Part shown: positions 18,480 to 27,943 of the stretch, piece by piece
Layout: each line of letters begins with the position of its first letter
Numbering within the stretch: the stretch's first letter is position 1
From: a virus
IMG/VR virus record: IMGVR_UViG_3300034954_001540
Location: 16,865-80,864 of that record
Strand: one strand, 5' to 3'
DNA: 64,000 nucleotides
Made by a program: the position numbers and the translations under genes
Notes under the pieces: generated by a model
What the model was told of the DNA's origin: nothing
The model's input: the letters and a program-made list of their open reading frames with translations, nothing else
Databases searched by the model: none

Positions 18480-20015
18480 ATGGCGCTACTAACCGACCAA
18501 TTTAGAATTTTTACTGCCAGCCGACTTATTAAGTCCCTGCAAGGTCCTGACCCTGCTCAGTCTGATAACGATGCTGGAAGTAGTCGTGACCGTCTGTACG
18601 TTTTCATTGGTCGTCCCCAACCATGGGATAACGAGAATGCAGCGCCAGACCCCGTGGACTCTTTCCAAGAGTTTAGTGATGACTTCGCTGACATGATCTC
18701 CATGAAGCGTGTCCTCGCAAATGACACCATCCAAGTCATTCGTCGTACTGACTGGATTCCCCCAGAGCAAACCACTGGTGGTCTGGGTTATGTTTATGAT
18801 ATGTATCGCCATGATTACAGCGCAACCAAAACGGCATCGTCGGGTGCTACGAAACTTTACGACGCAGATTTCTACGTTGTTAACTCGTCCTATCAAGTTT
18901 ACAAGTGCATTTACAACGGGACATCTCCTTCTGATCCTAACGGTAAACCTTCTACTGTTGAGCCTACTGGCACCTCCACTAGCATTATCACAACTGCTGA
19001 TGGTTACCGTTGGAAGTATATGTATACGATCCCTGTTGGTCTAGTCCTTAAATTCTTCTCCAACGAATACATGCCAGTGCTGGAAGATACCGCTGTGGTG
19101 TCTGATGCAATCGGTGGTGAGATTGATACTGTTATTATTTCTTCTTCTGGTGCAGGATACAACAATGGCACTTATGAAAATGTCCCCATTAAAGGTGATG
19201 GCGTTGGCGGGCGTGTTTCGCTTGTTGTTGATGGTGGTCGCATTGTGTCTGCCACTGTTACGTCAGGTGGATCGGGATACACCTTCGGAAAAGTCATCAT
19301 CGATGAAGTCAACGGTATCGGTGCAGGTGCAGGATCAGGCGGCACCGTCGAAGTGATTATTCCTCCTACCACAGGTCATGGTGCAGAGCCAGCGACTGAG
19401 ATGGGTGGATATCGAGTAATGATCAACACGAAGTTTACCTACGCTGAAGGTAGCGGTGACTTCCCAACTGATAACGATTACCGTCGTATCGGTTTGGTGA
19501 TCAATCCTAACAAATACGGTACAACAGAATTGGCAGCAGATCTTACTCTGTCTGCTACAAAGTCAGTGATCTTTGCTCCTACCTTTACAGGTAACTTTGC
19601 TACTGACGAAATTATCACACAGTCCCGCACGATTGGTGGTCAGCAAGTGACTGCTCGTGGACGTGTTATCTCATGGAATAGCACTACTAAAGTGCTCAAG
19701 TATTACCAGAATAGAATCGATGGTGTCTTCCCAGAATTCACTGGTAGTCTGATTGAATTTGAGGGTGGTAACCCTGTCGTGGGTGCAACATCTGGTGCAT
19801 CTGCTGACCCTGATATCAACTTCCCCATTGTCTCAGGATCCTCTACTCGTGTTATTAACAACACTGAGTATGACTTGGGTATGTCCTTTACCAACGGTTA
19901 TGCAAAACCAGAGGTTGAGCCAAACTCGGGTCGGGTTATTTACATAGATAATAGAGGTGCGATTACTCGTGCTGGTGACCAAATTGAAGACATTAAGATC
20001 GTAGTAGAGTTCTAA
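18480..20015 (+). CDS. g8: Baseplate wedge subunit gp8
   Basis: YVFIGRPQPW, VYKCIYNG...PT...DGYRWKYMY and C-terminal IYIDNR..ITR..DQ.E.IKIV.EF motifs of gp8. Confidence 0.9.
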   Translation: MALLTDQFRIFTASRLIKSLQGPDPAQSDNDAGSSRDRLYVFIGRPQPWDNENAAPDPVDSFQEFSDDFADMISMKRVLANDTIQVIRRTDWIPPEQTTGGLGYVYDMYRHDYSATKTASSGATKLYDADFYVVNSSYQVYKCIYNGTSPSDPNGKPSTVEPTGTSTSIITTADGYRWKYMYTIPVGLVLKFFSNEYMPVLEDTAVVSDAIGGEIDTVIISSSGAGYNNGTYENVPIKGDGVGGRVSLVVDGGRIVSATVTSGGSGYTFGKVIIDEVNGIGAGAGSGGTVEVIIPPTTGHGAEPATEMGGYRVMINTKFTYAEGSGDFPTDNDYRRIGLVINPNKYGTTELAADLTLSATKSVIFAPTFTGNFATDEIITQSRTIGGQQVTARGRVISWNSTTKVLKYYQNRIDGVFPEFTGSLIEFEGGNPVVGATSGASADPDINFPIVSGSSTRVINNTEYDLGMSFTNGYAKPEVEPNSGRVIYIDNRGAITRAGDQIEDIKIVVEF

Positions 20016-20018
20016 CCG

Positions 20019-23000
20019 ATGCCCCAGAATACCAATCTAAATATTGCTCCTTATTTTGACGACTTCGATAAGGACAAGAATTTCTACCGAGTGCTATTCC
20101 GTCCTGGTTATCCTATTCAGGCGCGTGAATTAACTACTCTACAATCTATTCTACAGAATCAGATTGAATCCATTGGTCAGCACTTCTTCAAAGAAGGTGC
20201 CATGGTTATTCCTGGTCAGGTTGGTTATGACCTGAATGTGCAGGCAATTATTCTGCAACAATCTTTCTTGGGTGTCGATGTTGAAACCTACAGGACTCAA
20301 CTTCACGGTCAGATCGTTGAGGGCATCACGACTGGTGTGAAGGCGAAAGTCTTGTACTCTATCTCTGCTGCAGAATCTGAGAGAGGTTACGTCACCCTAT
20401 ACGTTAAGTATATCGAGTCTGGCGATACAGTTTCTGATACTACTATCAAAGGTTTCCAACCTAACGAGCAGTTGCTTGCTGAAAACGAAATCACTTTCGG
20501 CACTACACTGATTGAAATCGGATCTCCCTTTGCACAACTTCTTCCTGTTGATTCTACTGCAGTTGCATCTGCAGCATACATCAATAATGGTGTGTACTTT
20601 ATTAGAGGTCACTTTGTTGATGTCCAATCAGCAAACCTGATCCTTGAGCAATATAGCAATAATCCTTCTTATAGAATTGGTCTTGAGGTTAGTGAATCTA
20701 TCGTCACTCCAGAAGACGATCCATCACTGAATGACAACGCTGCAGGCACTTCAAACTACTCAGCACCTGGCGGTCACAGATTTAAGATTAAGACCTCTCT
20801 AGTCAAGAAAGCAATCAATGATTCAACTGACAAAAACTTCGTTGAATTGCTACGAATCAACAATAGTAAGGTTGAGCAGTTTGTTGATTCTACTGCATAC
20901 TCTGAGCTTGAGAAGTCTCTTGCACGTCGGACCTACGAAGAGTCTGGTGACTATGTTATCGACACTTTCAGTATTAAGGCAAGAGAGTGTCTGGATGATG
21001 GTTTTAACAACGGCGTCTACACTCCTACTCAGACGACTCAGCAAAACAATACTCCTACAGATGATCTCCTAACATATGAGATCTCACCAGGTAGAGCATA
21101 CGTTAAAGGTTACAGGACTGAATTCCTTACACCTCAATATGTTGATGCTGCTAAACCTAGAGATTTTGCTTGTGTAGAAAACGGCATTATTCACTTTAGA
21201 CTTGGTAACTTTGTTAAGGTATACGATCAGTATGGTTGGCCTAACCTGACTGGTGAGGGTGTGTCTGATGCATATCAAGTTATTGAATTGTATGATGACT
21301 GGAATACTGGTGTATCTAACTCTGTAGTTGGTAACCAAATCGGTCGTGCTCGTGTTGTCCAGATTCAGATCGATCAAGTAAACCAGTATGACATGTGGTT
21401 CTTTGACCCACAGATGTTTACTGCTATCAACTTTGCAGCTGGTAATAACTCTGTTTCTATTGGTGATGTGCTTAGAGGTCGCACCTCTGGTGCTCGTGGT
21501 TTCGTTGCTGACAATGGTAGCGGCACCCACTGTAAACTGGAGCAGGTCTCTGGTGTCTTCCTGAATAACGAAGTTATTGAAAGAGACGGTCGTGTGATCG
21601 GCACCTTGGAAGCAGCACATACCTATAACTTGTCTGATGTCCGTCGTTGTCTTGGTAGAAACTCTAGCAACGTTGTGACATTTGCAGCAAACTGGTTGCT
21701 CAACGATAACGCTTCTATTGAATCTTCTACTGTTACTCTTAGCGGTAGTGGCACTCTTGCTACAGGTTTCAGGACCAAGTTTGCACAGGATCTACGTCCT
21801 GGCGATGTTGTTACTACAACTGCATCTGGTCTGAATGGTAGCAATACTGTAAGAATTAAGAGAGTTGACCCAACTCTGATTGCTACTAACACTGGTAACA
21901 TTGCTACTGGTGGCACACCAATCTTTGACTACCTCAACCAAACTGCTATTGTTGATGCTTCTCTGAAGAAGGGCACTGGTAACGCAGACGGTGAATACGC
22001 TGAGATGGTTAGGATGCGTCCTTTCATCTTCCAGAAAGATTATCAGAATGGTGAGTTGTCGATTGACACACCTCGCACATCGATGAAGTCGATCTCTGAT
22101 GAATCATTCTTTGTCTATAGGACATTTGCTAACAAGACTGTTGTGTCTGGTGGTGTTACTGTGTCTCTGCCTGAATCAGAGCAGTTTGCATCTCTTGACA
22201 ACGAAAACTATGTCTTGACGATTGTTGCTGAGTCTGGATCTTCTTATAGTGTTGGTGACAACCTTGACATTGATAACCTCAATGACCTTGGATCTCTTAC
22301 TGTTACCTTCGGTGCTGATGCACAGTCTATTACCATCTCTGGTTTGACTAACGTCAACACTGTTAAGTTGACCGCTCTGATCTCTAAGAATATCGTCACC
22401 AGAAAGATTAAGACTGCCGCTAAGATGCGTGCATTGAAGGTGACCCGCACAAGAATTAACAATGACCAAACCAAGTATGGTCTGGCATATGGTAACCTCT
22501 ACGGCACCCGTATTGAAGACGAAGAGATTTCATTCGCACTGAATGATGTTTATAAGATTCATGCTGTATATGAATCAGAAGATGACAACGATGCCGAATC
22601 ACCTTATATGGTGTTGTCGGAATCTACCTTCTTCGATAATGGATCAGTTGTTGTTGGTAAGACATCGGGTGCTCGTGGTCGAGTCATTCAGTTTGTTAAC
22701 GCAACACTGAGACTATATTTTGTTGCCTTGAATGAGATTCCATTCATTCCTGGTGAGACCATCGATGGTGTTGATGATGATGGCAATCCTCTGCAGGCAA
22801 TCGTTGATGACTCTGAAGGATCTGTTTCTAAAGGATCTAAAGTTATCACAACTCAATTTGAGTTGGAGTCTGGTCAGAAGGCACACTTCTATGATGTTTG
22901 TAAACTGACTCGTCTTCCTGGTTTCTCTCCCCCAATCCGTAAGATGCTGGTAGTCTTTGACTACTTCTTGCATGAGTCTTCAGGTGACTATTTCTCCTCC

Positions 23001-26000
23001 CAGTCTTATACTGGTATCCTTTATAAGGAGATTCCAAAATATAAACTGGATGGATCGATTAACTACCTCCGTGACCAGATTGACTTCCGTCCTGGCATCG
23101 GTGAATTGGCATCTGGATCAGGTACGATTACTGCACCTTTCTTTGTGAATTGTGCTTCGCTTGATTTTGGATCTAGACAGTTTGATACCTCTGGTGGTGT
23201 TGGTGGATCTACTATCTTCGATATTCCTAAGGTTAACACAGAATTTAGATGTGACTACTGTTTCTATCTTCCTAGAGCAGACAAGTTGTATCTGACACAC
23301 GACAATCAACTGAAGATTGTGAAGGGTGTGTCCTCCGAGGATCTTCCTCATCCTGATAAGATTGACAATGCGATGCTTCTCGCAACGATTGAGATGCGTC
23401 CTTATGTCTATGACGTTGAGCGTGATGTCCTGATCTATCCTGAGATCATCCGTCGCTATACCATGAAGGACATTGGCGATCTGGAGACTAGACTCTCTCA
23501 CGTTGAATACTATACTTCACTTTCTCTGCTGGAAGTACAAGCAGACAATACTAAGACATACGATGACAACGGTTTCGACCGTCTGAAGAATGGTTATGTT
23601 GTGGATGACTTCACCGACCACACTGTTGGTGACGTGCTCAACATTGACTATAAGTGCTCTATGGACTTCAAAGAGGGTCACCTCCGTCCTTCGCACTACA
23701 CTACTAACGTGCCTCTGCAGATCAACATGGCTGCATCCAGCAACGTCGTTAAGACTGCTGGAAACATGGTGATGCTTCCTTATGAAGATCTTGCAGTTAT
23801 CACACAACCTTATGCATCTAGGACTGAGAATGTTAACCCATTCAACGTCTTTACCTTCATCGGTCGTATCGACCTAACACCTGCATCTGACGACTGGATT
23901 GATATTGAGCGTCTTCCTGCTCGTGTTGAAAACGTTGAAGGTGACTTCTCTGCTGTTGCTAGAGACCTTCAGATTGACCAGAATGGTTTTGCTCCTATCC
24001 AATGGGGTGGTTGGCAAACTAACTGGACTGGTGAATCACTGCAGTCTACTTCTAGATTCTCTAACAGATCTGGTAGTTTCTCTGCTGGTGGTCGTAGACT
24101 CGGTAGATTGGGTCATGGTCAGGGTCGTCAGCCTCTCTTCTTGCATGAGAGACGCACCTATCGTGTTGTTAACAACCAAGCACGTCAAGGCGTGAGAACT
24201 CGCGTTACGCCCAAGATTGATAGAAAGTCTTTGGGTGATAGCATCCTGTCACAAACAGCAATCCCTTGGATTAGATCCAGAAATATCGGTTTCAACATTG
24301 ACCGTCTTAAGCCTCGCACAAGAATGTATTTCTTCTTCGATGGCGTTAACGTGACTGGTTATGTGACACCTAAAGTTATTGAGCTTACTAAGTCTTCTAC
24401 TTCTGATCCTAACTCCAACGAGACACCTTTCGTTGTTGGTGAGACCGTAGTGGGTCAGACCTCTGGCGCAAGACTTAAGGTTGCCGCTGCCAACGATGGT
24501 TATAAGACTGACCCTTATGGTGTTGGCGATGGTGCTCTTGCAGAATCTTATGCATCGCAGACTAGCTTCCTTAACATTGACATCACTGCAATGGCAGAGA
24601 CAGTCAACCCTAACTTCTACGGTAACGTTAACGTGGGTGAAGTCCTTCTTGGACTGACCTCTGGTGCTCGTGCTGTTGTTAGAGATCGTCGTCTGCTGTC
24701 TGATAACATTGGTAACCTGCAGGGCACTCTATTCATTCCTTCTCCTAAGAATGATTCTAACCCACGTTGGGCAACTGGCACAAGGACAGTTAGAGTTACG
24801 ACTTCTGATGTGAATGATCGTACACCTGGCAACGTGGACTCCTCTGCTGATGCTACTTACTCGGCAAGCGGCACATTGCAGACAGTTAGAGAAAATATCC
24901 TTGCTGTCCGTAACGCTGAAATCGTCCGTGACACGGTTAACGATGAGAGGACTGTTATTACAACTAGGACTGAGCAACGTCAGATTGGTTGGTATGACCC
25001 TCTTGCACAATCCTTCATTGTTGACGAAGAAGGTGGTAGTTATCTGACTGGTGTTGATGTCTTCTTCAGGACTAAGGATGCCAACATTCCTATCTCTATT
25101 CAGATCAGGACCATGGAGAATGGTTATCCTACTAAGGATATTCTTCCTTTCTCTGATACTACTATCGATCCTGACACTGTTGAGTTGTCGGAAAACGCAA
25201 GTATTCCTACTAGATTTACATTCAGATCTCCTGTTTATATTAAGTCAAACATTGAATATTGTTTCGTCCTTCTGTCTGACTCCAACGAATATAACGTTTG
25301 GATCTCCAGAATGGGTGACATCGATGTATCTGGCACAAGGACTATCTCTGAGCAACCATATGCTGGTGTGCTCTTCAAGTCACAAAACGCATCTACATGG
25401 ACTGCTGACCAGTATGAAGATTTGAAGTTTACCATGTATCGTGCTGAGTTTACTCAGAATCTGGGCACCGCGCTGTTTAACAACGCTGAGCTTGGTAAGG
25501 GTAACGGTGGTATTCACAGACTGATTGAGAATCCAATCCAGACTCTGAAACCTAAGCAAACTCTCACACTCCCTGTTGGTGGTAACTATACATTCACAGT
25601 TGGTGCAAGAATCGTCCAGACACCTTCTGGTGCAGAAGGCACGATTACTGAATTCGATGCTGTGTCTGATCCTGAGACTATCACCATTACTGATATTGAA
25701 GGTATCTGGTCATCTGGTTTCTTGGATGCTAACAATAATCCTTTCCAAGGTATCGCCTCATCTCAATCTGTCGCCACGATTGTATTGTCTGCAATCTTCA
25801 ACGGCACCTTTGAGATTGGTGATGTGGTCAGTGGATCTACATCTTCTGCAACTGGTGTTGTCACAGCATATGACGTTGGCACTCAGACTCTGACACTTAA
25901 CTACATTACTAGAGCATTCGATGTTTCGGATACTCTGTCTGAGCCAGGCGGCACATCTGCAACGATTACCAGCATTAACTATAGCGGTGACTCCTACGAC

Positions 26001-27326
26001 GCATATCCTACTGCTGCTCCTTCTTATCCTAATGATGACAAGGAAGTGTTGGTTTATCACAGAAACCACGGTATGCACCAACGTAGTAACAACGTTGAGG
26101 TTGAGGGCATTATCTCTGAAGTGCCTCCTACCACACTAACAACTACTTTGACTGCTGGCGCTACTTCGATTCAGGTCAACGATGCATCTCAATTCCACAC
26201 CATTATTGGTGGTGCTCCTATCGGTAACCTCAATCAGGGTTATCTGATGATCGATGATGAGATCATTCAATACTCTGCAATCTCTGCTAACGGGCAGGTG
26301 ATCACAGTTGCTACCTCTGGTAGAGGTAATAACGGCACTGCTGATGTTGAGCACGCCTCTGGCGCAGTTGTGAAGTGTTACAACCTTGATGGTATTCCTC
26401 TAACAGAAATCAATAAGGTCCACACTAGCATCTCCTGCCCATGGTTGGATACCTACATGCTGCACATTGATCATGTTGCAACTAATGGTATTCGTGGCGG
26501 CGGCACAGATGTGTATGCTTCTCAGAATGTCCAGTTTGAAACCATCACACCTACTGTGTCTACGATGGTCTTACCTGACACTCAGATTAGTGCTCGCTTG
26601 AATACTACCACTGCTACATCTGTCGGAGACGGATCTACTGTGGTTGATCAAAACTCTTTCATCAACAACGGCACTTATGTGGACATTGTGTTGAATGAGC
26701 AAAACCAGTTTACTGCTCCTCAGATGGTTGCATCTAAGATCAACGAGCAAAACAAACTGGATGGTAACAAGTCTCTTACCATGTCGATCATGCTTGAGAC
26801 TGACAGGACAAACCTTTCTCCTGCTATTGACCTTGACCGTGTGTCACTGATTACAACATCTAACCGCGTGAATATGTGGCCAGGTGGACAATCAACTTAT
26901 GGTCAGCAATCTCAGATTGATAGAGATCAAGATGTTTCTACTCTTGCTATCGGTGATCAAAATGATGCTGTCTATATTACACGTCTCGCCCGCTTGGGTA
27001 GAGAAGCACGCTCACTGAAGATTGACTTCCAAGTCACCCGTCACCCTGCTACCGAGCTTCGTATTTACTACAAGGCATTCAAGGTTGGCGACGCGACCGA
27101 TCCTAATACTATTGGTTGGACACAAATGGGTCTACCCACTTCTAACCAAAACTTGGGTGAAGCATATGACACGACTCCTACAGAAGAGTATCTCTGGAAG
27201 GATTATACATATGAAGCAAGGGGACTTAACTTCAACGCCTTCCAAGTGAAGATCGTGATGAGATCTAAGAATCAGGCTCGAGTACCACTTATAGCTGACT
27301 TAAGGTCTATTGCTCTTGCAACCTAA
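20019..27326 (+). CDS. Large VrlC-like virion structural protein
   Basis: N-terminal MPQNTNLN..PYFDDFD..KNFYRVLFRPG..IQARELT.LQS; WYDPLAQSF and LFKSQN.STW motifs typical of cyanomyovirus VrlC-like proteins. Confidence 0.85.
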   Translation: MPQNTNLNIAPYFDDFDKDKNFYRVLFRPGYPIQARELTTLQSILQNQIESIGQHFFKEGAMVIPGQVGYDLNVQAIILQQSFLGVDVETYRTQLHGQIVEGITTGVKAKVLYSISAAESERGYVTLYVKYIESGDTVSDTTIKGFQPNEQLLAENEITFGTTLIEIGSPFAQLLPVDSTAVASAAYINNGVYFIRGHFVDVQSANLILEQYSNNPSYRIGLEVSESIVTPEDDPSLNDNAAGTSNYSAPGGHRFKIKTSLVKKAINDSTDKNFVELLRINNSKVEQFVDSTAYSELEKSLARRTYEESGDYVIDTFSIKARECLDDGFNNGVYTPTQTTQQNNTPTDDLLTYEISPGRAYVKGYRTEFLTPQYVDAAKPRDFACVENGIIHFRLGNFVKVYDQYGWPNLTGEGVSDAYQVIELYDDWNTGVSNSVVGNQIGRARVVQIQIDQVNQYDMWFFDPQMFTAINFAAGNNSVSIGDVLRGRTSGARGFVADNGSGTHCKLEQVSGVFLNNEVIERDGRVIGTLEAAHTYNLSDVRRCLGRNSSNVVTFAANWLLNDNASIESSTVTLSGSGTLATGFRTKFAQDLRPGDVVTTTASGLNGSNTVRIKRVDPTLIATNTGNIATGGTPIFDYLNQTAIVDASLKKGTGNADGEYAEMVRMRPFIFQKDYQNGELSIDTPRTSMKSISDESFFVYRTFANKTVVSGGVTVSLPESEQFASLDNENYVLTIVAESGSSYSVGDNLDIDNLNDLGSLTVTFGADAQSITISGLTNVNTVKLTALISKNIVTRKIKTAAKMRALKVTRTRINNDQTKYGLAYGNLYGTRIEDEEISFALNDVYKIHAVYESEDDNDAESPYMVLSESTFFDNGSVVVGKTSGARGRVIQFVNATLRLYFVALNEIPFIPGETIDGVDDDGNPLQAIVDDSEGSVSKGSKVITTQFELESGQKAHFYDVCKLTRLPGFSPPIRKMLVVFDYFLHESSGDYFSSQSYTGILYKEIPKYKLDGSINYLRDQIDFRPGIGELASGSGTITAPFFVNCASLDFGSRQFDTSGGVGGSTIFDIPKVNTEFRCDYCFYLPRADKLYLTHDNQLKIVKGVSSEDLPHPDKIDNAMLLATIEMRPYVYDVERDVLIYPEIIRRYTMKDIGDLETRLSHVEYYTSLSLLEVQADNTKTYDDNGFDRLKNGYVVDDFTDHTVGDVLNIDYKCSMDFKEGHLRPSHYTTNVPLQINMAASSNVVKTAGNMVMLPYEDLAVITQPYASRTENVNPFNVFTFIGRIDLTPASDDWIDIERLPARVENVEGDFSAVARDLQIDQNGFAPIQWGGWQTNWTGESLQSTSRFSNRSGSFSAGGRRLGRLGHGQGRQPLFLHERRTYRVVNNQARQGVRTRVTPKIDRKSLGDSILSQTAIPWIRSRNIGFNIDRLKPRTRMYFFFDGVNVTGYVTPKVIELTKSSTSDPNSNETPFVVGETVVGQTSGARLKVAAANDGYKTDPYGVGDGALAESYASQTSFLNIDITAMAETVNPNFYGNVNVGEVLLGLTSGARAVVRDRRLLSDNIGNLQGTLFIPSPKNDSNPRWATGTRTVRVTTSDVNDRTPGNVDSSADATYSASGTLQTVRENILAVRNAEIVRDTVNDERTVITTRTEQRQIGWYDPLAQSFIVDEEGGSYLTGVDVFFRTKDANIPISIQIRTMENGYPTKDILPFSDTTIDPDTVELSENASIPTRFTFRSPVYIKSNIEYCFVLLSDSNEYNVWISRMGDIDVSGTRTISEQPYAGVLFKSQNASTWTADQYEDLKFTMYRAEFTQNLGTALFNNAELGKGNGGIHRLIENPIQTLKPKQTLTLPVGGNYTFTVGARIVQTPSGAEGTITEFDAVSDPETITITDIEGIWSSGFLDANNNPFQGIASSQSVATIVLSAIFNGTFEIGDVVSGSTSSATGVVTAYDVGTQTLTLNYITRAFDVSDTLSEPGGTSATITSINYSGDSYDAYPTAAPSYPNDDKEVLVYHRNHGMHQRSNNVEVEGIISEVPPTTLTTTLTAGATSIQVNDASQFHTIIGGAPIGNLNQGYLMIDDEIIQYSAISANGQVITVATSGRGNNGTADVEHASGAVVKCYNLDGIPLTEINKVHTSISCPWLDTYMLHIDHVATNGIRGGGTDVYASQNVQFETITPTVSTMVLPDTQISARLNTTTATSVGDGSTVVDQNSFINNGTYVDIVLNEQNQFTAPQMVASKINEQNKLDGNKSLTMSIMLETDRTNLSPAIDLDRVSLITTSNRVNMWPGGQSTYGQQSQIDRDQDVSTLAIGDQNDAVYITRLARLGREARSLKIDFQVTRHPATELRIYYKAFKVGDATDPNTIGWTQMGLPTSNQNLGEAYDTTPTEEYLWKDYTYEARGLNFNAFQVKIVMRSKNQARVPLIADLRSIALAT

Positions 27327-27365
27327 CACGGTTGATTATAATAATTATTCTTTGATATGTCAAGC
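27319..27365 (-). promoter_or_regulatory. Minus-strand consensus sigma70 promoter (TTGACA-N17-TATAAT) with a CAACC-N6-GGTTG inverted repeat at the start site
   Basis: + strand TGTCAA at 27358-27363 and ATTATA at 27335-27340, 17 nt apart; inverted repeat at 27319-27334; similar element at 62848-62895. Confidence 0.7.
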
Positions 27366-27626
27366 GAAGATTACATCAAACCCTTCAAAGAAGACCTAAT
27401 CCCTGTCGAGGGCAGGGAAGGTTGGTTTCGAGATCCTGACAGTAATGCAATCGTAAATTGCAATCAGTCGGAGTATGACAATTATATGGCAGCATATAAG
27501 CGTCGCGAAGCTAAAGAAAAGAAGATGACCACTTTACAAGATGAGGTATCTGAGTTAAAATCAGATATAGGTGAAATCAAAAACTTACTTAAATCATTAC
27601 TACACGGAGACAACAATGCCAGCTGA
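27357..27626 (+). CDS. Small conserved T4-like hypothetical protein (C-terminal coiled coil)
   Basis: VEG...RDP.SNAIVN motif plus coiled-coil tail, commonly found next to VrlC-like genes. Confidence 0.75.
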   Translation: MSSEDYIKPFKEDLIPVEGREGWFRDPDSNAIVNCNQSEYDNYMAAYKRREAKEKKMTTLQDEVSELKSDIGEIKNLLKSLLHGDNNAS

Positions 27627-27861
27627 TGTGACTGAAACTGCATCTCAAGAAGAGCTTCTTGAGCAATTCAAAACTCGTTATCAGAATCTCTTGAAAGAGA
27701 ATCGCGAGTTGTCAGAAAAAATTAAGAGTAACGAGGCAACTGCTCTTAAACTTCTCGGTGCTATTGAGACTCTGGAATATCTCAATCCACCTGCTGCCGA
27801 AGAAGAAATCGAGCCTCGACCAGATGGGACTATCGATCCCGACGATCTGGATAAGACTTGA
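27616..27861 (+). CDS. Small acidic coiled-coil hypothetical protein
   Basis: GGAG RBS before the ATG at 27616; ends just before a terminator. Confidence 0.7.
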   Translation: MPADVTETASQEELLEQFKTRYQNLLKENRELSEKIKSNEATALKLLGAIETLEYLNPPAAEEEIEPRPDGTIDPDDLDKT

Positions 27862-27889
27862 CCCCTTGCCCCCGTTAAGGGGGTTTTTT
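27861..27889 (+). terminator. Rho-independent terminator
   Basis: CCCCC-GTTAA-GGGGG stem-loop followed by T6. Confidence 0.75.
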
Positions 27890-27894
27890 CGTGA

Positions 27895-27902
27895 CATAAA
27901 TA
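27895..27902 (+). promoter_or_regulatory. T4-like late promoter (CATAAATA)
   Basis: Directly after the terminator, upstream of the tail fibre gene. Confidence 0.7.
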
Positions 27903-27943
27903 AGTCAGACAGACTAACTGTTGTGCTAGGATCCTTTTAAGCA

